Source of the DNA: a virus
Lineage: Duplodnaviria; Caudoviricetes
DNA length: 64,000 bases
Strand: one strand, 5' to 3'
Virus record (IMG/VR): IMGVR_UViG_3300024331_000007
Span: 1 to 64,000 of that record
Part shown: piece after piece, positions 45,425-55,362 of the stretch
How positions within the stretch are numbered: position 1 is the first letter of the stretch
Layout of the letters: every line of letters begins with the position of its first letter
Program-made: the position numbers and the translations under genes
The notes under the pieces: generated by a model
Seen by the model: only the letters and a program-made list of their open reading frames with translations
What the model was told of the DNA's origin: nothing
Database searches by the model: none

Positions 45425-45865
45425 ATGAACATGACCAGAAAAGAATATCTGCGTCAATACAGAGAAGATAACCAAAAACGTATTTCTAAACAGAACAAGA
45501 AATACTATCAAGACAACAAGAAACGTATTGATGCTCGTATCAAACTATACGAACAGAATAATAAAGAACAAAAAATTTTGCGCAGAGCTAAAAAACGAGC
45601 AATCGCTGATAACATTCCATTTGATATTGACGTTACGGATATTGTGATACCATCGCATTGTCCTATCCTTCAAATACCTCTTGTAAAAAGTAGTAAACAT
45701 GCTTCTGATAATTCTCCTTCGTTGGACAAAATTATTCCTTCATTTGGATATGTAAAGGGCAATGTACAAATAATTTCTAACAAGGCAAACAGGTTAAAGA
45801 GTAACGCATCATTAGAAGATTTGGTTCAGTTAGGAAATTGGGCCAAACGGCATTTAGAGGTATGA
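45425..45865 (+). CDS. HNH-type homing endonuclease
   Basis: AKKRA...CPIL...SPSLDKI...GYVKGNVQIISNKANRLK. Confidence 0.85.
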   Translation: MNMTRKEYLRQYREDNQKRISKQNKKYYQDNKKRIDARIKLYEQNNKEQKILRRAKKRAIADNIPFDIDVTDIVIPSHCPILQIPLVKSSKHASDNSPSLDKIIPSFGYVKGNVQIISNKANRLKSNASLEDLVQLGNWAKRHLEV

Positions 45866-45866
45866 T

Positions 45867-46388
45867 ATGGCTTTTGAAGACGCATTTGAATTTATGATGG
45901 ACAATGAGGATTACCCTCGTCAATATAAAACCGTGCCCGACTCTCCACCGGGAGCCTTTGCAATCAGTGGGATCAACAGCGCATCGTATCCGACACAGTT
46001 CAATACGATTAATGCTATTCCGCAAGCACAAAGAGGGCCAGCAATCGAATCATTCTATCAGACAACATTCTGGAATCATTGGCTTGACCAGTTAACATCA
46101 GTAGAATTGGCAAAGAGGGTATTTGACAGTGCGGTAAATATGGGTCCTCATATGGCTGTTCGGTTATTACAGACCGCAATCAATTCTATTGTTCCATCTG
46201 CTGTTATTGTTGACGGAACATGGGGTCCAAACACTGTAATACATGCAAATGCTATTCCAGCACAAGGACCGATTAATATTGTTGACGCTTTTCGGGAAGT
46301 TAGGGAACAACATTACAAGGATATTGTTGCTAATAATCCAGATGATCAAAAATATTTGAAAGGATGGCTTGCCAGAGCAGGAAAATAA
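45867..46388 (+). CDS. GH108-like lysozyme / endolysin with PG-binding domain
   Basis: FAISGI, VFDSAVNMGP..A.RLLQ, VDG.WGP.T, YLKGWLARA. Confidence 0.75.
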   Translation: MAFEDAFEFMMDNEDYPRQYKTVPDSPPGAFAISGINSASYPTQFNTINAIPQAQRGPAIESFYQTTFWNHWLDQLTSVELAKRVFDSAVNMGPHMAVRLLQTAINSIVPSAVIVDGTWGPNTVIHANAIPAQGPINIVDAFREVREQHYKDIVANNPDDQKYLKGWLARAGK

Positions 46389-46415
46389 AGAAGGCCGCTT
46401 AGCGGCCTTTCTTTT
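46387..46415. terminator. bidirectional terminator
   Basis: AAAGAAGGCCGC-TTA-GCGGCCTTTCTTTT between convergent genes. Confidence 0.85.
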
Positions 46416-47673
46416 GCTTTGTAATTTCTGCTTTCTCAGGTAGGAAGACTTCCAGATGATCTGATGAGTATGTTGGGAATCCTTGTTCTGCTGGATTCGC
46501 TTTTACACCAAAGGCTTTATAAGAATCAAATGCTACCATGCTTTTATTCGCTGCTTTGGCCCACGCTTTCAAGTCCGTCCATAGATACCAACCGCTACCA
46601 AGATCATTTTCACCTTCATGTGGAGAAATGTGGCTGTAGATCGGCCCGTCCCACCAAAATGTTTTTGGTCGCATCTTGTCCTTCAATTTTTCCGATGCTT
46701 TTTCACGCAAATCCCAAAGATGTTGATATGCTTCTCTGAAATCTTCGTCTTTGTCTCTGCCTTCTGCTTGTGCTTTATCATATGTGGCTCGTATTGCATC
46801 ACTTCTTAAGTCAGCAGGTAGCAATGGTTCAATCTTATGATGCGCAAAGAACATATCGAACGCTGGATATGGAAATGCCCACATGCCGCGATTTACAGGA
46901 GGCTTTCGAATGATTATGTTTTGCTTTTGAGCATTAATAGGGCCGATGCGCTGCATAAGTAATGCCCCTTTCTTGAATCGGAAGTCTGTTTTCTTTGTGA
47001 ACTTGTTAGTTGATTCCTTCATATTATTTTTTGGTCTTAAATCTAACCAATATTGACCACCTCTATATTTGACTGGGTATCTCTGGCTTAATCTATCCCA
47101 CGCTTTTTCAGCATCAGGCGATACTCTGTGCCTAAAATCAGATGTTAAATATTTTCGGTTTCGTTTACGGGCCTCGGTAATTGCCCTCTCATATAGTAAT
47201 TGTCCAAGTCCAGTTCCTCGCCACGCATCATCAATATGAATACGTCGGATTTGTAAACTGTCCCATTTATCAACGTTATCAGGGTTTGTATCTCCAGTAG
47301 ATGAAAAGGTAGAGGCGTCTAACCAACCGGGTGATTTATTTGGATCAAATCTGTCCGTCTGATCGAAGTAGGTCATTATTTCTAAGCTAAAGTCTCCGCT
47401 TCTGACCTTCCAACTGAGTTTGGAAAGTTCCTCTTCGCGATTATTGTATCTTGAGTAATTAAAATCTGGAGATTCAGTTATCTTTCCATTTGAACGCAGA
47501 AAAGGCGGGCGTCCACCCTTGCCAAGTTTGAAGTTGAATTTTGCAGCGTGTTTTACGTCTTCACCGGGATGTATATCACAGGTAATAGCCATCATGAAGC
47601 GAGGATCGTGTGCCTCTTCTTCCGTTTGGGGGATGTAACCTCCCCCTTCCGTAATAAATTCAGATGCTCTCAT
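46399..47673 (-). CDS. multidomain late protein with GNAT acetyltransferase domain
   Basis: IHIDDAWRGTGLGQLLY acetyl-CoA motif; MRASEFITE start. Confidence 0.65.
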   Translation of the reverse strand: MRASEFITEGGGYIPQTEEEAHDPRFMMAITCDIHPGEDVKHAAKFNFKLGKGGRPPFLRSNGKITESPDFNYSRYNNREEELSKLSWKVRSGDFSLEIMTYFDQTDRFDPNKSPGWLDASTFSSTGDTNPDNVDKWDSLQIRRIHIDDAWRGTGLGQLLYERAITEARKRNRKYLTSDFRHRVSPDAEKAWDRLSQRYPVKYRGGQYWLDLRPKNNMKESTNKFTKKTDFRFKKGALLMQRIGPINAQKQNIIIRKPPVNRGMWAFPYPAFDMFFAHHKIEPLLPADLRSDAIRATYDKAQAEGRDKDEDFREAYQHLWDLREKASEKLKDKMRPKTFWWDGPIYSHISPHEGENDLGSGWYLWTDLKAWAKAANKSMVAFDSYKAFGVKANPAEQGFPTYSSDHLEVFLPEKAEITKQKKGR

Positions 47674-47949
47674 TAGAATGGCATATCTTCGTTGTCGGGA
47701 ATTTTGTTTGGCTCAGGTTTGTGAAGCCAGTAATCACGCACGAGGGTATTGAACTCAGCAAACGACATGTTGCCAGAATGTATCCAGCCCCAAATAAGTT
47801 TCATGGCTTCAGTGTTGCCCATGCCCTTGATTTTATTGAAGCGGCGTTCATAGTCTGGATCGCCAACAAACGGTCTTGCCTTATCAACACCATATGCTTC
47901 GTTGATACCGCTCAGTTTCTTTAATTCATCTAGGTTCATAGTAAATTCC

Positions 47950-48744
47950 TTATGCGCGATGGAAATCTTTTTTGGCGGCAACGTCATCAATTTGTCCATT
48001 TAGTTTGAAATTGATGTAGCTGTCTGTTATGAAATGATCAACAGCGGCCTTAATCTGTTGTTGATCGAATTGAGGTACGATTCTATCCTTATAGATGCCC
48101 ATTGCAATGACATCGCGCAAAGCATTGCCAATTCGGTTGTCAAATTCAACCACACCATGCTGTTTGCCATATTTCTTTGCATATCTGTCCAGAACGGCAT
48201 CAGTGTAGCTGGTGAGAGTTTGCTTTGGGGTTTCCTCTTGCTTCTTTGAAAACCACGCTTCGTTTATTGTCACTTCATTAATCTTCATAAGTTCTTGAAC
48301 CTCATTCTCATTTAGTCGTCTAGTTAGGCTTCTTGCTATTTCCGAAGTAAACGGATACGTCTTGATAATTTGTGCTGGCGAAACAGGCTGATCCATCTTT
48401 AACCACATACCCTTTCTACCAAACTGAGTAAGTGGATCGTTGTTGTCCTGTTCCCATTTCTGATTACTTCTAAAAAATTCAACTACGGATATTTTACCGC
48501 TTCCCATCTCACTATTGAAGCCCCAGTCCATTCTTGCCGCGCCACGTAAGGCATCTAATTCATGATCGTAACAATAAATTTCACCAGAACCATACCGTTT
48601 CTTGCTTCCCGATTGAACCCAATTCGTTGTATTCATCAATGTGATTCCCTTCTTTTTAATTGAAGGAATCTTTGATGTATGGGTTACGTGATACAGAACA
48701 TCAGTTGGTTTTGCATCCTCACAAATAATCTCGCGTAGTCTCAT
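47950..48744 (-). CDS. ADP-ribosyltransferase-fold (Tpt1/ART-like) late protein
   Basis: LYHVT...IPSIKKKGI...IYCY; MRLREIICE start. Confidence 0.5.
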   Translation of the reverse strand: MRLREIICEDAKPTDVLYHVTHTSKIPSIKKKGITLMNTTNWVQSGSKKRYGSGEIYCYDHELDALRGAARMDWGFNSEMGSGKISVVEFFRSNQKWEQDNNDPLTQFGRKGMWLKMDQPVSPAQIIKTYPFTSEIARSLTRRLNENEVQELMKINEVTINEAWFSKKQEETPKQTLTSYTDAVLDRYAKKYGKQHGVVEFDNRIGNALRDVIAMGIYKDRIVPQFDQQQIKAAVDHFITDSYINFKLNGQIDDVAAKKDFHRA

Positions 48745-48820
48745 GCCAGCTTCCTTAACCAATGAATGCACTGTTTCAGAAAAACCATAGCTAAAAGTAA
48801 TAGCTTTGTCATATTAAGCC

Positions 48821-50077
48821 TTAGTGGAACATCAAATACGTTCCGATAACGGATGGGTCTGTCGCACTGATATCGCCTTCACCGGGGAATACTGTTACAT
48901 TCCAACGTGGTTTGTCGCCTAGTGTCTTTGCCATCTTTTTCTGCATAAATTCATCGTATGAAATGATAGAATCCATTGGAATTGCAAAATGCTTCGCAAG
49001 ACGCTCCTTCAAAATGTCAAAGGAATGTGCATCTTTAACTTGTGTAGCTCCCGAAGGACTCTTAACTAGCTTTCCGCCCTGCTTAAGAACCAAATCATCA
49101 AACATGGACTTTGGAACAACTTGGATGTGCTTACGGGCTTCTGGTCCCTTAATATTAACCAGCCTGCTCTGTGTTGACAATGCGCCAGCACTGAAGTTAA
49201 GAATGAAGTTTTCTGGCTTGTTTGGATCGTTGGCTACGCTGGCAACCTTTGTATAAGCGTAGAACAGATTGTCTGGAAATTCTCTTGCAACTGCCCATGC
49301 CATGTTCATATATTCAGGACTGAAAAAGTCTCCTGAATCGTGGAAACGAATGGCAACCTTGACATCGATTGGACCTTCTTCAGTCTTACCTGTCTTGCTT
49401 TTTGCTGAGAACTTATCCCAATATGCAATGGCCTTCGAAATTTCGTTGGATAATTCAGCCGCAAAACCCTGTGGATCGTTCAATAGATAATTCAAAGTTT
49501 GGGTCTGCTTCATGAAAACGTCTGGATATTGAATGTAACTGCCCTTCATAGCGTAACAGAATGTTTTGCAAGCGCCAGCACCGGGACAAGTATCAACAAT
49601 TACAAACTCGCCAGTTTGCTCATTCACAGCCAAACCTTTCAAAGCAGGTAGACCAACGTTGTAATATTGATCAGCGGTTCCGTTGCTGTGCTTCATTTTC
49701 TCGTTCTTCTTCAACAAGCTGCTTGGGCGCTTCATGATTTCTTTCTTGAGAGCTTCCAAGTCATAATCCTGACCATTTTGATTCTTAATCTTGATCTTCT
49801 TGTCATGGATGTATGGCATTGTATATGGATCAAGTTTGGTTTTGTTCTTGGTTCGAATGCGATTGAGATAATCCTGCATTTCTGGATCACTGGCAACTCT
49901 CGTTCTTGCACCAGAGGCAAAATCAGCTTCGTCGAGGATGCTTTCGTCCAGACCTTCGTCGCTAATTTCATCGGCTTCTTTGTTATCTTTTGGATAGCCT
50001 TTTTCGACAAAACGGTCAATATCAATAATAGTGAGGCCGTTCAGCTTGTTTTCAACGATAAACTCTTCAAAACGCAT
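48821..50077 (-). CDS. GP88-like protein (Cys triad, Fe-S/radical-SAM-like)
   Basis: TCPGAGACKTFCYA, IRFHDSGDF, FYAYTK. Confidence 0.7.
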   Translation of the reverse strand: MRFEEFIVENKLNGLTIIDIDRFVEKGYPKDNKEADEISDEGLDESILDEADFASGARTRVASDPEMQDYLNRIRTKNKTKLDPYTMPYIHDKKIKIKNQNGQDYDLEALKKEIMKRPSSLLKKNEKMKHSNGTADQYYNVGLPALKGLAVNEQTGEFVIVDTCPGAGACKTFCYAMKGSYIQYPDVFMKQTQTLNYLLNDPQGFAAELSNEISKAIAYWDKFSAKSKTGKTEEGPIDVKVAIRFHDSGDFFSPEYMNMAWAVAREFPDNLFYAYTKVASVANDPNKPENFILNFSAGALSTQSRLVNIKGPEARKHIQVVPKSMFDDLVLKQGGKLVKSPSGATQVKDAHSFDILKERLAKHFAIPMDSIISYDEFMQKKMAKTLGDKPRWNVTVFPGEGDISATDPSVIGTYLMFH

Positions 50078-50139
50078 GGTTGTATCCTTAGTTTGAACTG
50101 TGCCAGTATTTATGCAGTTACATAAAAGTAAGGCATTGT

Positions 50140-50147
50140 TATAAATA
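50140..50147 (+). promoter_or_regulatory. late promoter TATAAATA
   Basis: Exact consensus upstream of 50166 ORF. Confidence 0.7.
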
Positions 50148-50165
50148 CGGTATCGAGGAAATCAT

Positions 50166-50564
50166 ATGTATGCAATCTATCAACAAATTATACTAGCAAT
50201 TCTGGCACATTTGCAGGCAATTTGGGTTGCCACGAGTTTGTTTATATATGTTGCAGCCGCTAACATGCCAAAACCGGGTGTAAAATGGGACAAGTCGGCT
50301 ATGTATTCGTGGTTTTACGATACAATCCAGACCGTGCTTCCAATGAATCGAGGAAGTCACCAATTGATTCAAACACCTCAGTTGCTCGTTTCTTCCCAAT
50401 CGGATGGAGAGCAACCAAAAGCAGGAACGCCAAAGCAAATTATTAAAACGCCACAGATGACGGTTTCGTTGGAGGCAAATTCATCGGAGCCAGAAACATC
50501 TAAAAAAGAAGGATCGCCAACACAGGCCGATATTCCAATGCCACCTCGTTATGGGGTAAAATAA
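50166..50564 (+). CDS. small membrane protein (holin-like candidate)
   Basis: N-terminal hydrophobic helix, disordered tail. Confidence 0.45.
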   Translation: MYAIYQQIILAILAHLQAIWVATSLFIYVAAANMPKPGVKWDKSAMYSWFYDTIQTVLPMNRGSHQLIQTPQLLVSSQSDGEQPKAGTPKQIIKTPQMTVSLEANSSEPETSKKEGSPTQADIPMPPRYGVK

Positions 50565-50590
50565 AGGCAAATATTCCATAAATACAGAGT

Positions 50591-50646
50591 GCGATTCGCG
50601 GTGCTACAACACCCAATCGCCCTAACACTGATGTGGAGTGTCAGCT
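50591..50646 (+). promoter_or_regulatory. structured 5' leader with RBS-sequestering hairpin
   Basis: GCGATT..GGTG-ctacaa-CACC..AATCGC then CTAACACT-gatgtgg-AGTGTCAG before ATG. Confidence 0.6.
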
Positions 50647-51294
50647 ATGTCTATTTACATATCTAAGTTTTCTCACGACAAGAAGTTCTATGTCTATGAA
50701 TATCTGCGTCTTAATAAATCAATGCATGGTAATGTCGGAACTCCATACTATGTCGGAAAGGGCACAAGAAAGCGACTTTACGAAAAACACCAAAAAGGAA
50801 TTTCAGTTCCAAACGAAACCGAAAGAATACTAATCGTGGCAAATAATATGAATGAGGCAGATGCATTTCAACTTGAAATGTTGTTAATTTATTTGTATGG
50901 GAGAATTGATCTCGGAACTGGGTGTTTACGAAATAAAACTTTTGGTGGTGATGGCACTTTTGGTTTACTTGTAACACAAGAAGCAAAAAGAAAACAATCA
51001 TTAGCTAAATTGGGAACTAAACATTCCGAAGCAACTAAAAAGAAGATGGCAGATACGCGGAAAGGAGAAAAGAACACCTTTTTCGGTAAATCACATTCAG
51101 ATCAAAGTAAAAAGATGATTTCCAAAAATAATGGAAAAGGTCAAGCAAAAGTAACTCCAGATCAAGTAAGGGAAATACGTCGATTATATGCTGAAACAGA
51201 TATGACACAACGCCAAATCGGACAAATTTTTCACATTGCAGAATCAACCACCAATCAAATAATCGTCAAAAGATGGTGGAAAGACATAGATTAA
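50647..51294 (+). CDS. GIY-YIG homing endonuclease with NUMOD3/HTH
   Basis: FYVYEY...PYYVGKG, LRNKTFGGDG, HSEATKKKMA. Confidence 0.9.
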   Translation: MSIYISKFSHDKKFYVYEYLRLNKSMHGNVGTPYYVGKGTRKRLYEKHQKGISVPNETERILIVANNMNEADAFQLEMLLIYLYGRIDLGTGCLRNKTFGGDGTFGLLVTQEAKRKQSLAKLGTKHSEATKKKMADTRKGEKNTFFGKSHSDQSKKMISKNNGKGQAKVTPDQVREIRRLYAETDMTQRQIGQIFHIAESTTNQIIVKRWWKDID

Positions 51295-51383
51295 GCGTTG
51301 CTTGCTAAATAATATTGTCCGTCAGACAGATGGATTTATGAATTTAGATTCGTAGTCGGTTAGAACCGACAGAGGTGATTATT

Positions 51384-52259
51384 TTGGGTAGACCGATAAA
51401 TGCACAAAGATTTCTTGGAGCAACTGCTCCTCATCAAATTCAGGCAACTGTTTGGGGTACTGCCGATTCTGGCTCAACGGCTGGTTATCTAGCACAACAA
51501 AATAGCCCTCGCCGTTTCCGCACAACCACAATCAATGGATCAAGCATTACAACTTTTGTTAACGGTCCCGGTAATCTTGTCGCTGGAACATCGTTTGTTA
51601 AGGTATTTCCACTTAGCGGTTCTGCTCCTACTGTCGATGCAACAGGTTCAGCAAAGCTAAAGGCTGTCAGTTTGGCAGTTGCTAATGGCGGTGCGAACTA
51701 TCAGGTTGGTGACACAGTTACCCTAGTCGGCGGAGCATTTACAGCAGCCGCTCACACAACAGTTGCAACTCTTGGCTCTGGTAACTCCATCGCGACCCTG
51801 AACGCAATTGCTGGTGGTACAGAAGGTTATACTGCGCTTCCAGCTAATGTTTTGGCAATCGCAACAAGCACAAACAGTGCAAATGGACACGGTGCAATTC
51901 TCAGCGCAAACTTCGGTGTTGAATCCGCATCAGTTCTAACAGGTGGTGCTGGTTATACAACTGCTCAGTTCCTTGTTAACGGTGCAACAACTGCTCCAAC
52001 ATTTACTCAGCCAACAGTTACAAACGGTGTTGTTGCCACAGGCGCAGTTACCGTTCTAACTCCGGGTGTTGTAAACGTCAATCCAACTGTTACAATCGAA
52101 GAAGCGACAGGTGCAACAGAATACGTTAGCACTCTTACATCCATGAATTATCTGAACACCTTCCAAGGTAATCAGTATCGTTGGTTGTACAGAGGTCAGG
52201 CCGTTCCTTCTGATTACGCTGCTCTTGGTGTTAAGTTGGCTTACCTAGATACATTGTAA
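51384..52259 (+). CDS. probable virion structural protein (GRP-start family, T/G/A-rich beta)
   Basis: TTG start MGRPIN; late motif; terminator after. Confidence 0.6.
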   Translation: MGRPINAQRFLGATAPHQIQATVWGTADSGSTAGYLAQQNSPRRFRTTTINGSSITTFVNGPGNLVAGTSFVKVFPLSGSAPTVDATGSAKLKAVSLAVANGGANYQVGDTVTLVGGAFTAAAHTTVATLGSGNSIATLNAIAGGTEGYTALPANVLAIATSTNSANGHGAILSANFGVESASVLTGGAGYTTAQFLVNGATTAPTFTQPTVTNGVVATGAVTVLTPGVVNVNPTVTIEEATGATEYVSTLTSMNYLNTFQGNQYRWLYRGQAVPSDYAALGVKLAYLDTL

Positions 52260-52272
52260 TTTTGTCCTAAAC

Positions 52273-52306
52273 AAAAAGAGAGGCGAGATGATCGCCTCTC
52301 TTTTTT
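52273..52306 (+). terminator. intrinsic terminator
   Basis: AAGAGAGGCGA-gatga-TCGCCTCTCTT + T tract. Confidence 0.85.
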
Positions 52307-52344
52307 GTGACCAAATTTAATAAATAACTATGTGAGGTCACACC

Positions 52345-52674
52345 ATGCCATTGAAGACCAAAGATTTAACAGTTATCGATAAAAATAAAGTTGTGGAGCT
52401 AGAAACCACATCGAACACAGAACCCCAACATTGGAATAAACCTTTTTGGCGTGGAGTGGCATCTTCTGAATTTGGTGTCGGCAGTACATCCAGAATATCT
52501 ACATTGGCTATTATTGCAACTACCTTAGGGACCTTGATTTACCTAGTGTCAAAGAATGATAGAATACCAGATAATTTAATCCAATTGGGGTGGTTTTCAT
52601 CATTGCTAATTACTGCTGTGTATTCTCCAGCTAAACTTGCAGGGATATTCAAATCGTTTGCGTCTAGGAAATAA
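52345..52674 (+). CDS. holin-like two-TM protein
   Basis: SSEFGVGSTSRI, two TM helices, basic C-terminus. Confidence 0.5.
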   Translation: MPLKTKDLTVIDKNKVVELETTSNTEPQHWNKPFWRGVASSEFGVGSTSRISTLAIIATTLGTLIYLVSKNDRIPDNLIQLGWFSSLLITAVYSPAKLAGIFKSFASRK

Positions 52675-53113
52675 TCTCGCCAACAAGTTTGATCTTGTCC
52701 AGAATCACATCAATATTGATTGTGTTCCAAACACCGGGATGCAACGGTTTTGGATATTTGTCTAACTCTGCCCAAGCATATCCGCTATGTTCTGAGTTTA
52801 AGATAGGTATGAACTCATTTCGAATCACGAAAATGAAAGAATGGTATGTGAACTCTTCATCCATGCTGGTAAAGGTTTCCAGAGGAATATGTTTCAGGAT
52901 AGTCGGATATGATCCTAATTCTTCAGACAATTCTCTGTGAAGCCCAGTCATAGTGTTCTCGTCTGAATGCAGTTTTCCACCGGGCATCCCCCATGTTTCT
53001 TTTGTGCGTGTGTTATTACGCAATAGAAATAGGAATCGTCTGGTGGTTAAACTGTAGAATAGAACACCCGCTGCAATCATTAGTATGCAATCTTCTTTTG
53101 CGATTTTGACCAT
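52664..53113 (-). CDS. Nudix hydrolase
   Basis: PGGKLHSDENTMTGLHRELSEELG. Confidence 0.88.
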   Translation of the reverse strand: MVKIAKEDCILMIAAGVLFYSLTTRRFLFLLRNNTRTKETWGMPGGKLHSDENTMTGLHRELSEELGSYPTILKHIPLETFTSMDEEFTYHSFIFVIRNEFIPILNSEHSGYAWAELDKYPKPLHPGVWNTINIDVILDKIKLVGEIIS

Positions 53114-53553
53114 TCCTGAAAACTGGCTCTCGCTTCTCGTCCAAGCAACTTAACAGTTGGTAACGTTCTTGCTTCTGGCTTCTTTCTGAACTCTTTGTAG
53201 ATGAACTCATCATCAAAACCAATTAACGCTGCTTCTGCCGCGCTACATCCATAGTAAATCTTATCCAATCTAGCCCAATAACAAGCAGCCAAACACATCG
53301 GGCACGGTTCACAGCTTGTATAAATCTCACAACCCTTCAGAGAAAAGTCACCAAGAATCTGGCAGGCCATACGGATAGCTACAATTTCTGCATGGGCAGT
53401 TGGATCAAATCTTGATGTGACTGAGTTTGATCCATAGGCAATGATTTCGCCGTCCTTCACAATAACTGCTCCGAAAGGACCACCTTGATTTGAAAGTACA
53501 TTGCGAGTAGCCAGAGCAATTGCTTTACGCATGTAGTCTGATTTGTTCTGCAT
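53080..53553 (-). CDS. nucleoside/guanine deaminase (CDA fold)
   Basis: GGPFGAVIV, HAEIVAIR, CEPCPMC. Confidence 0.92.
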   Translation of the reverse strand: MQNKSDYMRKAIALATRNVLSNQGGPFGAVIVKDGEIIAYGSNSVTSRFDPTAHAEIVAIRMACQILGDFSLKGCEIYTSCEPCPMCLAACYWARLDKIYYGCSAAEAALIGFDDEFIYKEFRKKPEARTLPTVKLLGREARASFQEWSKSQKKIAY

Positions 53554-53554
53554 A

Positions 53555-54469
53555 TTACACCTCTGAGGTTATAAGATCAGGATGGTTTGGTTGAAAGTTT
53601 GTGACGTATTCTCCGTCAAGCATGTGACGATACGCCTTCCATCCAGTATACTTTCCATATCTCACGTTGTCACCTGTTGCCTGACATACATGCTCAAATG
53701 GTGAAGCATGTAGTGGAGTGTGATAACGAAGTCTATCATGTAACTTGATATCTTCACCAAAATCTCTGGTTCCTTCCTGCGTTAGATAGGAAGTTCTGGC
53801 ACAGCGACCAGTTGAAATTTGCACCATCGTATTATATAACAATGTTGGTGATGGTGCCCATCCATCTGCTTGTTCGCCCAGCCATCGTCCAATATCACCA
53901 AATTCCTCTTCGCGAATGTATGGAGTATGCCATTCTCCAATCTTGAGAGTTTTAGGTGTTGATGTGAAATATTCCTTCTGCGCCATGTATGCTTGCTTCT
54001 GAATATCTGGCTGTGCATCTGGATGGCAGCGCAGCGCAAAGTAGTTTGACCATGCGGCAGCATCGCCAGTTACACAAACAGTAATCCAAGACCAAGGCTC
54101 AATCAATCGGTTCACAATCTGCTTGTGAACGTTTAGATCGTCGGACGCTGCCATTTCAGAGGCAATACGAACGGCTTCGTCTCTGGCTTCCAACCACTTT
54201 GCAATGGCGTGTTCGCGCTTTTCACCTGTAAGTTCTTCGGCGGCTTGCATACCGGACTGATTAATACCCCAATGTTCAGGAATGAATGGGTCTTCCATTA
54301 CCTTCTGAACAGTTTTTTTGAATGGGATAGCGCGACTGCTGGATGCGTTACGAGCGAAAGCACAATGAGTCATCATCTCCGCATGGATGATACGCGGGTG
54401 GGTTACTTGAATAGTAGTTAACCGCTGCTCATTACAAATAGAATCAAGAATCATTTTTGCTTCATACAT
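53555..54469 (-). CDS. thyX: FAD-dependent thymidylate synthase-like
   Basis: HAEMMTHCAFARNASSSRAIP, HASPFEH. Confidence 0.8.
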   Translation of the reverse strand: MYEAKMILDSICNEQRLTTIQVTHPRIIHAEMMTHCAFARNASSSRAIPFKKTVQKVMEDPFIPEHWGINQSGMQAAEELTGEKREHAIAKWLEARDEAVRIASEMAASDDLNVHKQIVNRLIEPWSWITVCVTGDAAAWSNYFALRCHPDAQPDIQKQAYMAQKEYFTSTPKTLKIGEWHTPYIREEEFGDIGRWLGEQADGWAPSPTLLYNTMVQISTGRCARTSYLTQEGTRDFGEDIKLHDRLRYHTPLHASPFEHVCQATGDNVRYGKYTGWKAYRHMLDGEYVTNFQPNHPDLITSEV

Positions 54470-54665
54470 AGTTATACCTTCTAATTCTTTATTTGTATCT
54501 CTAATTGTTTGGATGGGTCTAATTTATAGAATCCAGTTTTGGAGAAGTTTTCAATATCGGTAAATGTCTCATTACAACATTCACAGACCCATTTTCCAGT
54601 GTTAGTTTGGGAGAATAATAATTTGATGTATCTCCCTCGTTCTAAAGGAATGACCAAATATTTTT

Positions 54666-55136
54666 TCATTGTTCGTTCAAACCTCTCCATGTAACGCCAG
54701 CTTCAGTCAGCATCATTCGAGAAATCAAAATAGACTCTTCCCAACGTTTAACTCTCGGATCGTTTGGATCAGCTAGGTAACCAACGACTTCCTTGACTCC
54801 TCGATTAATTGCAAACTTGGCACACTCATTACAAATCGGCGGCAAAGAGAAGCTTGGATATACATAAAGAGTTGACCCTATAGAATAATCGCCTGCTTTA
54901 CTGATGGCGTTTACTTCGGCATGTGCAACTAGTTTATACTTCAACTCTCTATCGTTGTATCGTTCGGGATCATCGTCAACACCTTCTGGAAAACCGTTAT
55001 ATCCGATGAACTCCTTCTTAAAATCATAATTGACAAGAATTGCTCCAACCTGAGTGCTCGGGTCTTTGCTCCAACTTGTTGCTACATACTTTGCCAATTC
55101 TAGGTATCTTCGATCCCATCTTTCGTTACATTTCAT
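54666..55136 (-). CDS. dCMP deaminase
   Basis: WSKDPSTQVGA, GYNGFP, HAEVNAI, PICNEC. Confidence 0.92.
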   Translation of the reverse strand: MKCNERWDRRYLELAKYVATSWSKDPSTQVGAILVNYDFKKEFIGYNGFPEGVDDDPERYNDRELKYKLVAHAEVNAISKAGDYSIGSTLYVYPSFSLPPICNECAKFAINRGVKEVVGYLADPNDPRVKRWEESILISRMMLTEAGVTWRGLNEQ

Positions 55137-55362
55137 TTAATTATTCCTTTAGGCGTCAGTGCCATCAACCCACCAACAAGCACCACAACTCATACATGTA
55201 TATTTGTAATCTGTGTATGCTCCGTCTGATGAATCCCATTCTTGATATTTGACTTGATCGCTTCCGCAAGAACGGCAGGGGTTTTCACTCATTCCGCTTG
55301 TTTCGAATGTGCCATCAACATCATGATACTGTTTGTTGGTTGTCATAATATAATTGTTACCT

